A stretch of DNA of 64,000 nt from an uncultured Gemmatimonadales bacterium (GTDB lineage Bacteria > Gemmatimonadota > Gemmatimonadetes > Gemmatimonadales > GWC2-71-9), in contig CAWJMT010000036.1 of NCBI GenBank assembly GCA_963844035.1, positions 160,001-224,000 on the forward strand, in the 5' to 3' direction. The translations under genes were made by a program, and so were the position numbers. Under the pieces are notes generated by a model, which did no database searches, was not told the origin of the DNA, and was given only the letters and a program-made list of their open reading frames with translations. This document shows positions 51,937 through 62,064 of this stretch, piece after piece (the first letter of the stretch is position 1; each line of letters begins with the position of its first letter).

Positions 51937-52116
51937 TCACCCTTCCCGCATGTCCTCCACCTCGAATTTCAACTTCCCTACCTCGGCGCGCAGGTTGTCG
52001 AGCTCGGCGGTGTGCTGCGTCAGCGCCTTCATATGCTCCGCAAGCTCTGCCATGCGCCGTTCGATCGCCTCCAGGCGCCGCTCGAGCCGTGTGGCGGTGT
52101 CGGTCCGGGTGCCCAT
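51937..52116 (-). CDS. 59-aa coiled-coil protein, below ORF-track cutoff
   Basis: SD GGAGG; MGTRTDTATRLERRLEAIERRMAELAEHMKALTQHTAELDNLRAEVGKLKFEVEDMREG. Confidence 0.6.
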   Translation of the reverse strand: MGTRTDTATRLERRLEAIERRMAELAEHMKALTQHTAELDNLRAEVGKLKFEVEDMREG

Positions 52117-52320
52117 AGATCCTCCACGGTTGCCTTCGTTTCGATTCGCTGGTGCTCTACAGTTACCCGGACGGCCGTGATGGTGTGATGAGGCGCAGAT
52201 GAGGCCTTCATGAACCTGGGCCGGCCACCGACCGCCAACATGACGGGGTTCTCAGGTCCACTTCAGCGTGGCGTCACGCGCCAGGCACGACCTTGCGGTA
52301 ACGAACACCAGGGGGGCGAT

Positions 52321-53013
52321 ATGGGTTTCAACCGGACGCCGTACATGTACGACCACCTGTCGGAGCCGGTGGTCATTCCCGCAGGCGACGTGCGGCTCGC
52401 GGGAACGCTGACCCTTCCGCCGTCTCCTGAGGGCGTCGTGTTGTTCGCGCATGGGAGCGACAGCTCACGGTTCAGTCCCCGCAATCAATTCGTCGCGAAC
52501 GCGCTCGTGGGGATGAACGTCGGGTCGCTGCTGTTCGACCTTCTGACGGAACACGAGGCGCGGAGCCGGTCCAATGTCTTTGACATCCCGCTGCTGGCAG
52601 ACCGGTTGCGGCACGCCACCCGCTGGGTGGCGTCCTACCCCGCGAGCGCGGATCTGCAGATCGGGTATTTCGGCGCCAGCACCGGAGCCGCCGCGGCGCT
52701 CGCAGCCGCCGCACAGGAACCCGCGATCGGCGCTGTGGTGTCGCGCGGCGGACGGCCCGATCTCGCCGACAAGCTGCTGCCGCATGTGCACGCACCCACG
52801 CTGCTGATCGTGGGCGGCAACGACGCACCGGTGCTCGACCTGAACCGGGCGGCGTTGGCACGCCTGGGTGGCGTCAAGAAGCTCGTCGTCGTGCCAGGGG
52901 CGACGCACCTCTTCGAGGAGCCCGGCGCGCTCGAGGCGGTGGCCCGCCTCGCGGGTGACTGGTTCGCCCAGCATCTCGGCGCCGCCGCGACGGCGCGACA
53001 GGGTTCACGATGA
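52321..53013 (+). CDS. Dienelactone-hydrolase-like alpha/beta hydrolase
   Basis: VLFAHGSDSSRFSPRN, GYFGASTGAAAAL, VSRGGRPDLA, PGATHLFEEPG. Confidence 0.88.
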   Translation: MGFNRTPYMYDHLSEPVVIPAGDVRLAGTLTLPPSPEGVVLFAHGSDSSRFSPRNQFVANALVGMNVGSLLFDLLTEHEARSRSNVFDIPLLADRLRHATRWVASYPASADLQIGYFGASTGAAAALAAAAQEPAIGAVVSRGGRPDLADKLLPHVHAPTLLIVGGNDAPVLDLNRAALARLGGVKKLVVVPGATHLFEEPGALEAVARLAGDWFAQHLGAAATARQGSR

Positions 53014-53030
53014 CTCACAACGGAGGAGCT

Positions 53031-53534
53031 ATGACCCCCTTGGCTTACGAAACCGGCAATGACCTGCCCGCGACCGCTCGCGCGCAAGTCGCTGAGCTTC
53101 TGAACAACCGTCTCGCTGACGCCATCGACCTGGCGGCCCAGGCCAAACAGGCGCACTGGAACGTGAAGGGTCCGCAGTTCATCGCATTGCACAAGCTGTT
53201 CGACGAGATCCACGAGGCCGTCACGGGGTACGTCGACCTGATCGCGGAGCGGGTGGTACAGCTCGGAGGGATCGCCGAGGGCGGCGTGCGCGTGGTGGCG
53301 GAGCGCTCGGAGCTTACGGACTATCCGCGCGGTATCGCGGATGGCATGGAGCACGTCGACGTGCTCGCCGGCGGTCTTGCGGCGTTCGGCACGCGGATGC
53401 GGCGGGCGATCGACGAGACGGCCGATCTCGGCGACAGCAACAGCTCCGACATTTGCACCGAGATCTCCCGCGGCATCGACAAGTGGTTGTGGTTCGTCGA
53501 GGCGCACACGCAGGCGTCGGTCCTGGCACGATAA
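53031..53534 (+). CDS. dps: Dps DNA-protection ferritin-like protein
   Basis: KQAHWNVKGPQFIALHKLFDE, DLIAERVVQLGG, DKWLWFVEAH; SD GGAGGAG. Confidence 0.95.
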   Translation: MTPLAYETGNDLPATARAQVAELLNNRLADAIDLAAQAKQAHWNVKGPQFIALHKLFDEIHEAVTGYVDLIAERVVQLGGIAEGGVRVVAERSELTDYPRGIADGMEHVDVLAGGLAAFGTRMRRAIDETADLGDSNSSDICTEISRGIDKWLWFVEAHTQASVLAR

Positions 53535-53552
53535 CGTCACGCCGCCCGACGT

Positions 53553-53632
53553 GCGCGAGTAAACTCGCGGCTCGGCCCCTGCCCGTAAACGGCGTCGCCG
53601 CGCTGAGCGGCGCGCCAGCCGCTTCAGCCGCG
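53553..53632. repeat. Multi-hairpin REP-like element, copy 2
   Basis: GCGCGAGTAAACTCGCGGCTCGGCCCCTGCCCGTAAACGG...GCTTCAGCCGCG; homologous to 21663-21752. Confidence 0.8.
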
Positions 53633-53680
53633 GATCACTCGCGGCGCCCCAGTACGTGAACAACTGCTTGTCATCGACAT

Positions 53681-55279
53681 CTAGGGCCGTTGCGCCAGCG
53701 CAGCGGCGAGCCGCTCGTCCCATCCATAGATGTCGTCGCGGAATTGGATGGTGCCATCCTCATCCACCCAAGCGGTCCAGTAGGTCAGGTGGGCTGGGAT
53801 CGGCTGCGGCAACGGCACCACCTGCTCGGTCGGACCGGTCATCGCGGCGCGCACCGAGTCCGCCGCCCAACGCACCGAATCCTGCAACAGCCGAACGGCC
53901 AGATCTGCGGGTCGCTCGATCCGTGTGCAGCCGTGGCTGAAGTTGCGGACGCGCTCGTGGAACGCTACTCGCGCCGGGGTGTCGTGGATGCAGACGTTGA
54001 AGTGACTGCCAAAGATGAACTTGACGCCGCCGAGTGGGTTGTCTCCCCCGGGCGCCTGCCGCAGTTGAAGGTTGAATGTCTGCTCCGTCATGGCCGCCCA
54101 ATCCACCGTCCCGGGATCGACTTCGCGCGGGGCGGGCGATGAGTCCTCGAACACGCTGATCCGCTGCTGTCGGAGGTATTGCGGGTCGCGCTGGACGAGG
54201 GGCAGGACTTCCTCCACGGCGATGCTGCGCGGGATGTTCCACACCGGGCTGAAGATCAAGCTCGTGATCTGGCCGCTGACGATCGGCGTGGGCCAGTCAC
54301 CGCGGCCCACGACTGCCTGCGTCGTCATCACCGTCCTCCCGCTGTCGATGAGTGCCAGCTCGAACGCGGCGCTGTTGACCATCACATACCGTCGGCCCAG
54401 GGAGCGGGGCAGCCAGCGCCAGCGCTCCAGGTTGAGCTCGATCTGGCGGATCCGCACACGCACCGGGACGTTCAGCGCCCCACGCGTCGCCGCGCCCACC
54501 ACGCCATCCGGCTCGAGGCCATGCCGGGTTTGAAACCGCTGCACCGCGTGGACGACAGCCGTGTCGTACACGTCCCCGCCGTCGTTGCCTGACGGAAGAT
54601 CTCCTTCCCCCGTGAGCCGCGTTCGCAGGGCGACCACGCGTGCGTCCCGAGTCCCGGGAACGAGGTTGCGGCCGGCGGGGAAGGCGGGCCACCCACCGCG
54701 GTCGGCTATCCCGCGGTGGCGCTTCAGGGCCTCTCGCAGCTTCGCGTAGCCCGGGTGCGGGGGCGCCAAGCGCTCCAGCACTTGCGCCGGGCGGCCGGAA
54801 TCGAGAACGGCCTTGAGGGCAGCGGCAAGGTCCACCGCGCGTGGGGCGGCCGTCCACGGCGAATCGACGGCGGCGGGATCGATGCGGCCGCGTGACAGGT
54901 GGGAGCCGTAGGCGAGCAGGGTGCGGCTGAGCAACAGATCGAGGCGGGCCAGACTGTCCGGCTCGCCCCCCGACTGCAACAAACGGCGAATCGCCGCGTG
55001 CGGGTAATCGTCAGGATCCAGGCCGTCGGCCCGGGCCGCTTCAACCACCCCCAGCAGGTCGGCGGCCGCCGGCAAAGGCCCGTTCTCGCCGACCCAGCCA
55101 GCGCGATAGGCGCGCTGCTCGTACACGCGTACAAGCAGGGGCCGCAGCGCGTCGTGTGGCTCGGCGCTGAGGCGAGCGCGCAGGCGCTCGGGCAGGCCCT
55201 GTGCGGCAGCGACTCGATGCACCGCGAGCAGGGCGGCGATCAGGAGGAGCGAGGCTCGGGCCAGCAGAGTGCGATTCAC
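53681..55279 (-). CDS. L,D-transpeptidase (YcbB-like) with peptidoglycan-binding domain
   Basis: AVQRFQTRHGLEPDGVVG, NLERWRWLP, NPLGGVKF, HDTP...SHGCTR. Confidence 0.93.
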   Translation of the reverse strand: MNRTLLARASLLLIAALLAVHRVAAAQGLPERLRARLSAEPHDALRPLLVRVYEQRAYRAGWVGENGPLPAAADLLGVVEAARADGLDPDDYPHAAIRRLLQSGGEPDSLARLDLLLSRTLLAYGSHLSRGRIDPAAVDSPWTAAPRAVDLAAALKAVLDSGRPAQVLERLAPPHPGYAKLREALKRHRGIADRGGWPAFPAGRNLVPGTRDARVVALRTRLTGEGDLPSGNDGGDVYDTAVVHAVQRFQTRHGLEPDGVVGAATRGALNVPVRVRIRQIELNLERWRWLPRSLGRRYVMVNSAAFELALIDSGRTVMTTQAVVGRGDWPTPIVSGQITSLIFSPVWNIPRSIAVEEVLPLVQRDPQYLRQQRISVFEDSSPAPREVDPGTVDWAAMTEQTFNLQLRQAPGGDNPLGGVKFIFGSHFNVCIHDTPARVAFHERVRNFSHGCTRIERPADLAVRLLQDSVRWAADSVRAAMTGPTEQVVPLPQPIPAHLTYWTAWVDEDGTIQFRDDIYGWDERLAAALAQRP

Positions 55280-55395
55280 GCCTTCCAAGATAGGGCACGA
55301 ATGTCTCACGGTGGCTTCACCATCCTCTCAGGCCCCGGACCGCAGGTTTCCAGCTGGAGCCATGAGTCGACAGTTCTTGACCGGGGGATATTTCC

Positions 55396-55863
55396 ATGCT
55401 TGCGATCCACGAAATCATGACCCAATGGCCGATCACTGCGACGCCGAGCACCACAATCGGCGAAGTGATGGGCGAGTTCGATCGGCACGATTTCAACGCG
55501 ATTCCGGTCGTTGGCGCGGGCGGCGAGTTGGTGGGCATCGTCACGAAGCTCGATGTGCTGCGGGCGTTGCAACCGGCCCCCGCCGGGGAGCTCCCCATGC
55601 GCTTTCCGGTGACTTCGCAGCGGGTTGAGAGCATCATGCGCCGCGGCGTCGTGACCGTCGAGCCGGAGGATCCCGTCGTCATCGCGGCGGATCTGATGGT
55701 CGCTACCCGGTTCCTGAGTCTCCCCGTGGTGGAGCGGCTGCACGGGTCGGAGCGGAAGGTGGTCGGCATCGTCACTCAGGGCGACCTGATCCGCGGGTTT
55801 CGGTCGGAGCCGGTGAGCGCTCATGCTCCCCCGCAGATCGAGAGTCCATGGCTGGAGTCCTGA
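55396..55863 (+). CDS. CBS-domain protein
   Basis: Two CBS repeats (AIPVV..LVGIVTKLD; LPVV..VVGIVTQGD). Confidence 0.88.
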   Translation: MLAIHEIMTQWPITATPSTTIGEVMGEFDRHDFNAIPVVGAGGELVGIVTKLDVLRALQPAPAGELPMRFPVTSQRVESIMRRGVVTVEPEDPVVIAADLMVATRFLSLPVVERLHGSERKVVGIVTQGDLIRGFRSEPVSAHAPPQIESPWLES

Positions 55864-55896
55864 CCGCCGAGCGCGCAGTCGAGTCGTGGCCGGGGC

Positions 55897-56517
55897 TCAG
55901 ATCCGGTGCTGAGCGACGGCCTTCATGATGTCGGTCGCGGTCACGATCCCCACGAGTTGGTTGTCCTCAAGCACCACCGCGCGGTGAATGCGCTGCTTCA
56001 GCATGTAGGCGGCGGCGTCGGCGACACTCAGGCCAGGCGCCACCGAGCGGACGCCGCGGCTCATGACTTCCGCAACGGTGTGCTCCGCGAGCAAGTCCCA
56101 CTCGGGGCCTTTGAGCTCCGCAAAGCGCTCGGCGACATCCGCCCCGGCGTCGGACCACAGCTCGTTGAAGTAGGTGCCGGGCGCCTCGACGTCCTTCGCC
56201 CACTCATCCTCTTCGGGTAGGTCCAGTCCGTCCTCGTCGGCCTGTTCCGGCTGCTCGGTGGGCACCGTGGGCGTAACGGCTTCGAAGGTCAGGACATCGC
56301 TCGCCGACAGGACCCCCACGACCTTCCCCCCGGATACCACGGGTGCGCCGGTGATGTAGCGGCCGGCCAGCAGCTCGACGGCGTCCCGCAGCGTCGCCTC
56401 GGGGTCCAGGACTACCACTTTGGTGGACATGATGTCTCGCACGGCGAGGGTTGGGCGGCCGTTGCCGGAGGCATGCAGCTCTCGCGTGTGGACCTTGTCA
56501 GTCTGAGCGTGTTTCAT
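55897..56517 (-). CDS. CBS-domain protein with acidic insert
   Basis: VRDIMST, GAPVV..VVGVLSASD, VAEVMS, LVGIVTATD. Confidence 0.88.
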   Translation of the reverse strand: MKHAQTDKVHTRELHASGNGRPTLAVRDIMSTKVVVLDPEATLRDAVELLAGRYITGAPVVSGGKVVGVLSASDVLTFEAVTPTVPTEQPEQADEDGLDLPEEDEWAKDVEAPGTYFNELWSDAGADVAERFAELKGPEWDLLAEHTVAEVMSRGVRSVAPGLSVADAAAYMLKQRIHRAVVLEDNQLVGIVTATDIMKAVAQHRI

Positions 56518-56877
56518 TGGGCGCTCCTGGTGATGCGTGATCGGGACCATCTTGGAGTGAACAGTCGCCTGACGAGGCTAAGGCGGAGGTGAAGCACCCA
56601 TGAAAGGTTGCGGGCGAGGTGAAGAAGGCCTCATGTGAGGTTGCGGCGGACATCAGGAGCAGTGTGTTAGTGTGAGGATGGCGTAGGGCACCCGGCATGA
56701 GTAGGGTGGCCCCAGCGGCCACCTACGGGGCTCGCCCGTATGAAGTCCGTACGACGGCCTCTTGGGAGTGGATCTTGATCCACCCGCTTGGTCCCTACGC
56801 TGTGAGACCCGCTCGGCGCTCGTGCCGGGCGGGTTTCGTTTGCGGGAGTGGGAAGAAAGGCGAGCAGCGAGATACTT

Positions 56878-57660
56878 TCAGGCGAACCGGAGCAGGGCGG
56901 CGAGCCCGTCGATCCGGCGCGCCGCGTCGGGATCCTGGATCGTGACCACGGTCGCGTGCTGGCGGCGTGCGTCCGCGATCGCCTCACTGACGAGATCCGG
57001 CACGGGCGTTGGCACTCCCTCTCCGAGACATTCGCTGGCGGCGAGCACCAGGCGATGCGAGACGGCGCAGCGGAATCCGGTCGCCGAGGTGTCTCGTGCG
57101 ACGAGGAGGGTGCGCACTTGCCCCTTCGCGAGCGCGCGCAGCGTCTCCCGGACTCCGTTGGTGGCCGAGCCCGTGCCGAGTCCTTCCTCGAGCGCCGCGA
57201 GCATGTCGCGTTCGGCTGCCGGTCGGCGGTCTTTCTGAGCGCGGCGCGCGGCCTGTGCGACCACCGCAGGGGTCACCTCGGTCGGGTTCAACCGGGTCGT
57301 GGCGACCAGTCGGTCGGCGAGAGTCGGGGGCAGCGCCAGCGCGAGGCTCGCGACGGCTCCACCAATGCCCGCGACGAGAATTCCATCGGCCGGCCGTTCG
57401 CGGTCGAGCCGCAGCAAGCGCTGCACGACGCCTTCCACGTGACGGCGCGCCTCTTCGCGGATACGGCCGTGATACGCGTGCTCCCCCCACCCGGGGCTCC
57501 CCTGGCGGTCGCTGTGAAACTTGCCGCCCCGCATTGCCGGTGACTGGTAGCTCGGGAGCTCCGTTACGTCGGCGTCCGTCACCTCGAAGAACCGCGCGTG
57601 CGCTCGATCGAGCACGACCGCGAGCACGCATCCGATGTCCTGCTGTACGGCGGTTGTCAT
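56878..57660 (-). CDS. Bacterial eRF1-like / host-attachment (baeRF) protein
   Basis: [11 protein letters not shown]...[20 protein letters not shown]...DGLAALLRF, resembling eRF1 domains 2-3; SD GGAGGAG. Confidence 0.78.
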   Translation of the reverse strand: MTTAVQQDIGCVLAVVLDRAHARFFEVTDADVTELPSYQSPAMRGGKFHSDRQGSPGWGEHAYHGRIREEARRHVEGVVQRLLRLDRERPADGILVAGIGGAVASLALALPPTLADRLVATTRLNPTEVTPAVVAQAARRAQKDRRPAAERDMLAALEEGLGTGSATNGVRETLRALAKGQVRTLLVARDTSATGFRCAVSHRLVLAASECLGEGVPTPVPDLVSEAIADARRQHATVVTIQDPDAARRIDGLAALLRFA

Positions 57661-57662
57661 GG

Positions 57663-59290
57663 TCAGTACTCCTCCCCCGCCTGGGGAGTTGCAGTGGGTT
57701 TCGGCTCTGGAATCTCGGTCAGCGTCGCTTCGGTCAGGAGCAGTACGCCGGCGACGGAGACAGCGTTTTCGAGCGCGACCCGTACCACCTTGGTCGGGTC
57801 GATGATCCCGGCTTCGGCGAGATCGACGTACTCGGAGCGGGCGGCGTCGAATCCGAAGTTGCCCGTTCCCCGCGCGCATGCGTTCGACCACCACGCCGCC
57901 GTCCACGGCCGAGTTCTCGGCGATTTGCCGGGTGGGCGCCTCGAGTGCCCGTCGCAGGATCAGCATCCCCGTGCGCTCGTCCCCGTCCGCCTTGGCGGCG
58001 TCCTGCTCGACCGGCTCGATCGCGCGCAGCAGCGCCAGCCCGCCGCCGGGGACGATCCCCTCGGCCATCGCGGCCTTGGTGGCGCTGATGGCGTCGTCGA
58101 ACGCTTCCTTCCGGCTCTTGAGCTCGGTTTCCGAGGGCGCCCCGACCCGGATGACCGCGACGCCGCCCGCGAGCTTGGCGAGCCGCTCCTCCAGCTTTTC
58201 GCGATCGTAGTCCGACGTCGCGTCCTTGATTTGCTTGCGCAGCTCGTCGCAGCGCCCGGCGATCGCGGCCTTCGCGCCGGTCGCCGCCGATGATCGTCGT
58301 GTCATCCTTGTCGACGACGACGCGCTCGGCCTGGCCCAGGTCGTCCACGCGTGACGTGCTCGAGCTTGACCCCGATCTCCTCGGCGATCACGCGGCCGCC
58401 CGTGAGGATCGCCATGTCCTCGAGCATGGCCTTGCGGCGGTCGCCGAACCCCGGCGCCTTGACCGCGAGGCAGGCGAGCGTGCCGCGCAGCTTGTTCACC
58501 ACCAGCGTGGCGAGCGCCTCGCCTTCGATGTCCTCCGCGACGACGAGCAGCGCCCGGCCGAGCTTCGCGACCTGCTCGAGCAGCGGCAGCAGGTCCTTCA
58601 GGTTGGCGATACGCTTCTCGTGCAGGAGCACGAACGGTCGCTCCAGCACCGCCTCCATCTTGGCTGGATCGGAGATGAAGTAGGGCGACAGATAGCCGCG
58701 GTCGAACTGCATTCCCTTCACGACCTCGAGCGCGGTCTCGGTGCCCTTCGCCTCCTCGACGCTGATCGCGCCCTCGGGACCGACCTTCTCCACGGCGTCG
58801 GCGACGATCTCGCCGATCGTGGCATCGTTGTGTCGCGGAGATCGTGGCCACCTGCGTCTTCTCGCGCCGAGTCTTGACCGGGCGGGACAGCGTGCGCAGT
58901 GACTCGACGGCTACGCGCAGACGCGCGATCGAGGCCGCGCTTCAGGTCGATGGCGCTTGCGCCGGCAGCGACATTGCGCAAGCCGTCGGTGAAGATCGCG
59001 TGCGCCAGCAGGGTCGCGGTGGTGGTGCCGTCGCCGACCGCGTCACCGGTGCGCGCTGCCGCTTCGCGGAGCACCTGCGCACCGAGGTTCTCCTCCGCGT
59101 CTTTGAGATCGACTTCCTTCGCGATGGTCACGCCGTCGTTGCACACGAGCGGCTGACCCCATTTCTTCTCGATCAGGACGCACTTGGACTTGGGGCCGAG
59201 CGTCACGCGGACGGCATCGGCAAGCGCGGTGGCACCACGCAGCACTTTTTCTCGCGCGGCCGCCCGGAAGGTCAGTTGTTTGTGGGGCAT
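57663..59290 (-). CDS. groL: Chaperonin GroEL, several frameshifts
   Basis: [70 protein letters not shown]. Confidence 0.95.
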
Positions 59291-59297
59291 GGGCGTC

Positions 59298-59654
59298 TCA
59301 ACTCGGTTGTTTGGAAGAGATCGACGGAGCATGTGCCGTTGCGAGCGCGTTCTGGCGCTCGACGTAGGCCTGCAACCGCCGGCGGGCGGCGTCAAAGGCG
59401 TCCTGCACCGCGGTGCGGAGCTCGTCGCAAGGCTGGTGATTGATCACGATCTCCCCGCCGGGCAGCACGATCTCGACCCGGACGCGGTACTTGTGACCAT
59501 CACTCCTCCGGCGGCGCTGCGGAACGTCAATCGTGACGGCGCAACTCGTGATCCGCTCGTAGTACCGACTCAAGCCGTTGATCCGCTCACGGAGGTCCGC
59601 CTCCGTTGCGGCGGGCAACTCGATGTTCCGTACTGTGATCCGTGCTTGCACCAT
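59298..59654 (-). CDS. HPF/RaiA-family ribosome-associated protein
   Basis: ITVRNIE, ERITSCAVTID.P, YRVRVEIVLPGGEIV, AVQDAFDAARRRL. Confidence 0.85.
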   Translation of the reverse strand: MVQARITVRNIELPAATEADLRERINGLSRYYERITSCAVTIDVPQRRRRSDGHKYRVRVEIVLPGGEIVINHQPCDELRTAVQDAFDAARRRLQAYVERQNALATAHAPSISSKQPS

Positions 59655-59850
59655 GGGAGTGCTCCTTTCGAACCCAAGGTGGTCCGATTGGTGTGAAGAC
59701 GTCCTGAGGGCGGGCAGAAGCTTCCTTCGGACCGCGGGCTACTCGGGCAGGCGGTCCTTCCTCGCAATCTCACGGCGGATTCACACCACCGGAGCGATGA
59801 TTGGCCAGGACGCAGAACGACTATGACCTACTGACGCAGGAGCGGAGACC

Positions 59851-60120
59851 ATGACAACGGTGACGAAGAATCTTCTCCGGGCGTTGGCAATACGCGCCGC
59901 CGCGGCAGCCCGCACGACAGGGAAGCGCGCGGTCAACAAGATGGTGGCCGCAACGGATGCGGCACTCGTCGAGGCGGGTCGTGCGGCAGCTCGGCGCCAG
60001 CGGGTGCGGACCGTGAAGGCAGCCCTGAACGTGGCGGCGAAGGCCGCGCTGATCGCAGGAACGGCGGCTGCGACGGTTGTGGCCGTTCGCGCGATGCGCG
60101 CTCGGAAGCCCGCCACCTGA
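59851..60120 (+). CDS. Small Ala/Arg/Lys-rich hypothetical protein
   Basis: SD GGAG, 89 aa, hydrophobic C-terminal helix; followed closely by the next gene. Confidence 0.55.
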   Translation: MTTVTKNLLRALAIRAAAAARTTGKRAVNKMVAATDAALVEAGRAAARRQRVRTVKAALNVAAKAALIAGTAAATVVAVRAMRARKPAT

Positions 60121-60132
60121 CGAGGAGGATCG

Positions 60133-60369
60133 ATGCGCAAGAACGTCGGCAGCCTCGATTCCGCGATTCGCGCGATGGTCGCCTTGGCGCTGTTACTGGC
60201 TGCGGGGGCGACGAGCCAATGGCTCGTTCTCTCGGTCGCGTGCGTGATCGTGGCGCTGGTGCTGGTCCGGACAGCATTAAATCAGTCGTGCCCGCTGTAC
60301 ACCCTCCTCGGCATTGAGACCCAGGGTGGCCGCGGCGGGGGCCCTCCGGCCGCACGGCGCAAAGCATGA
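60133..60369 (+). CDS. DUF2892 (YgaP-like) membrane protein
   Basis: MRKNVGSLDSAIR...TALNQSCPLYTLLGIET; SD GAGGAGG. Confidence 0.85.
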   Translation: MRKNVGSLDSAIRAMVALALLLAAGATSQWLVLSVACVIVALVLVRTALNQSCPLYTLLGIETQGGRGGGPPAARRKA

Positions 60370-60486
60370 AGGCAAACAACGCGCTGTGATGCGGGCGGGA
60401 ATTTAGCGGGAATTTATCCAACACCGACGTGGACGCCACCGGGTCGCACTTGCACTGGGACCCGGTGGCGTTGCTTGCGGTGGAGT

Positions 60487-61149
60487 TTAGCTCGCGAACA
60501 CAAATTCGTCGTCAACCGCCGTTACGCCGGGCGCCGACCAAGCCGCGCGCCGCGCCTCGTCGCGCTCCGTCCAGGAGTGAATCTTGCCCCGGAGTGTCAC
60601 GCTGCCGTTCGCCGTGGTGACCGTGATGTTCCGTGCTTCGGCCTCGGCGCTGCGCTTGAGCGCCGCCTCAATACGCTGCTTCACGTCGGTTGGGCTCACG
60701 GGCGCCGCGACCTTGATGTGGCAGCTGATGCCGCGTACTCCCGGGAGGTACCGGATCGCCCGCTCGGTGGCGTCGCGCTGATAGCGCCACTGCACGGTGC
60801 CGTCCAAGGTTACCCAGCCGTTCTCCACGGCTGCCTTGATGTCCTTGTCGGGCACCTCCACATGCCACGCGAGTGCGTTTGTGACTGCGGTGGCCAACTC
60901 GGCATCCGAGTGAAGGTTCGCAGGCGCCACCTGGACGTTGAGATGCTGTACGACCCCCCGCACGCCGCTGACCGACTCGACATCGCGCTCCGCCGTCAAC
61001 TTCATGGCGAACGACGACACCGTGCCGCTCAGAGTGACAACACCATTCCGCGCCGACACCGCGATGCCCGTCTGATCCACGCTCGGATCCCATACCAGGG
61101 CATCCATGACGTCTTTCTCAAGGGCACGGTCGCTCTTGGATTCCCACAT
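60487..61149 (-). CDS. Triple BON-domain protein (OsmY-like)
   Basis: GVVTLSGTV, GWVTLDGTVQW, GSVTLRGKIHSW...AAWSAPGVTAVDD. Confidence 0.92.
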   Translation of the reverse strand: MWESKSDRALEKDVMDALVWDPSVDQTGIAVSARNGVVTLSGTVSSFAMKLTAERDVESVSGVRGVVQHLNVQVAPANLHSDAELATAVTNALAWHVEVPDKDIKAAVENGWVTLDGTVQWRYQRDATERAIRYLPGVRGISCHIKVAAPVSPTDVKQRIEAALKRSAEAEARNITVTTANGSVTLRGKIHSWTERDEARRAAWSAPGVTAVDDEFVFAS

Positions 61150-61352
61150 ACCCACTCTCTCTTTCGTTGAGGTTTCCACTCCCACAGGACGATGTCAGAC
61201 ATCGGCCTCGTGGTGAAATGGTACGGGGCGCAGCCTGAAATGGACGCCAAGATCCGGTGAAGGGTTGCTGTGGAAGATTTCAGTGGTGGCTCAACGTTTC
61301 TTCACGGCACCGGCGCCAAGTTCCCGGGGAAACAGGCGCAAGGAGGATGAGA

Positions 61353-62050
61353 ATGCGACACGTATCGATTCGCCGATCGCCGGGAGGCGGGTCGCCTGCT
61401 TGGGCGGGCGCTCAGCCGGTACGCACGCCATCCGGATCTCTTGGTGTTGGCGCTGCCCCGCGGCGGCGTGCCGGTCGCGTATGAGGTTGCCAAAACGCTC
61501 GGCGCCCCGCTCGATGTGCTGGTCGTTCGCAAGCTGGGCGTGCCGGGCCACGAGGAGATCGCTATGGGCGCGATCGCGAGCGGTGGGGGGCGGGTCTTGA
61601 ACCGCGATACGATCGAGCAGCTGGGAATTCCGATGGCCCTGGTCGACCAGGCAACGGCGTTCGAGCGGCGGGAGTTGGAGCGTCGTGAGCGCGCCTATCG
61701 AGGCGCGCGGCCGGCACCGGAGGTGCGCGGACGCACGGTCATCGTCGTGGACGACGGACTGGCGACTGGGGCGACCATGCTCGCGGCCGTCGGCGCACTG
61801 CGCGACGAGGGGCCAGAGAGCATCATCGTCGCAGCGCCTGTGGGCTCAGTCGAGGCTTGCGATGTCGTGCTGCGAGCGGCCGATGCGTGCGTGTGCGTGG
61901 TGACGTCCGACCCTACTGGGTGCTGTCGGCCGCTGGTACGTCGACTTCACACAGACGACCGACGAGGAAGTGCACGCGCTCCTTGCGCACGCGGAATCCG
62001 AGGGCCTCGACCCGAGAGGCGCGTGCGCCCCTCGAACCGCTCCCCCACTG
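61353..62050 (+). CDS. Phosphoribosyltransferase-family protein, frameshifted; end uncertain, may be fused to next gene
   Basis: FADRREAGRLL, LALPRGGVPVA, VRKLGVPGHEE, VVDDGLATGATM, and in another frame AVGRWYVDFTQTTDEEV. Confidence 0.82.
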
Positions 62051-62064
62051 AGAGGGACGCGATC

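Noticed and set aside
21663..53632. The two repeat copies as ends of a 32-kb mobile element
   Set aside because: Copy 1 lies inside the ATP synthase operon, and no integrase, transposase or target duplication is visible.
56878..58851. Apparent GroEL-eRF1-like fusion
   Set aside because: GroEL's true end (GIIDPTKV...EEY stop) is in another frame ending at 57663.
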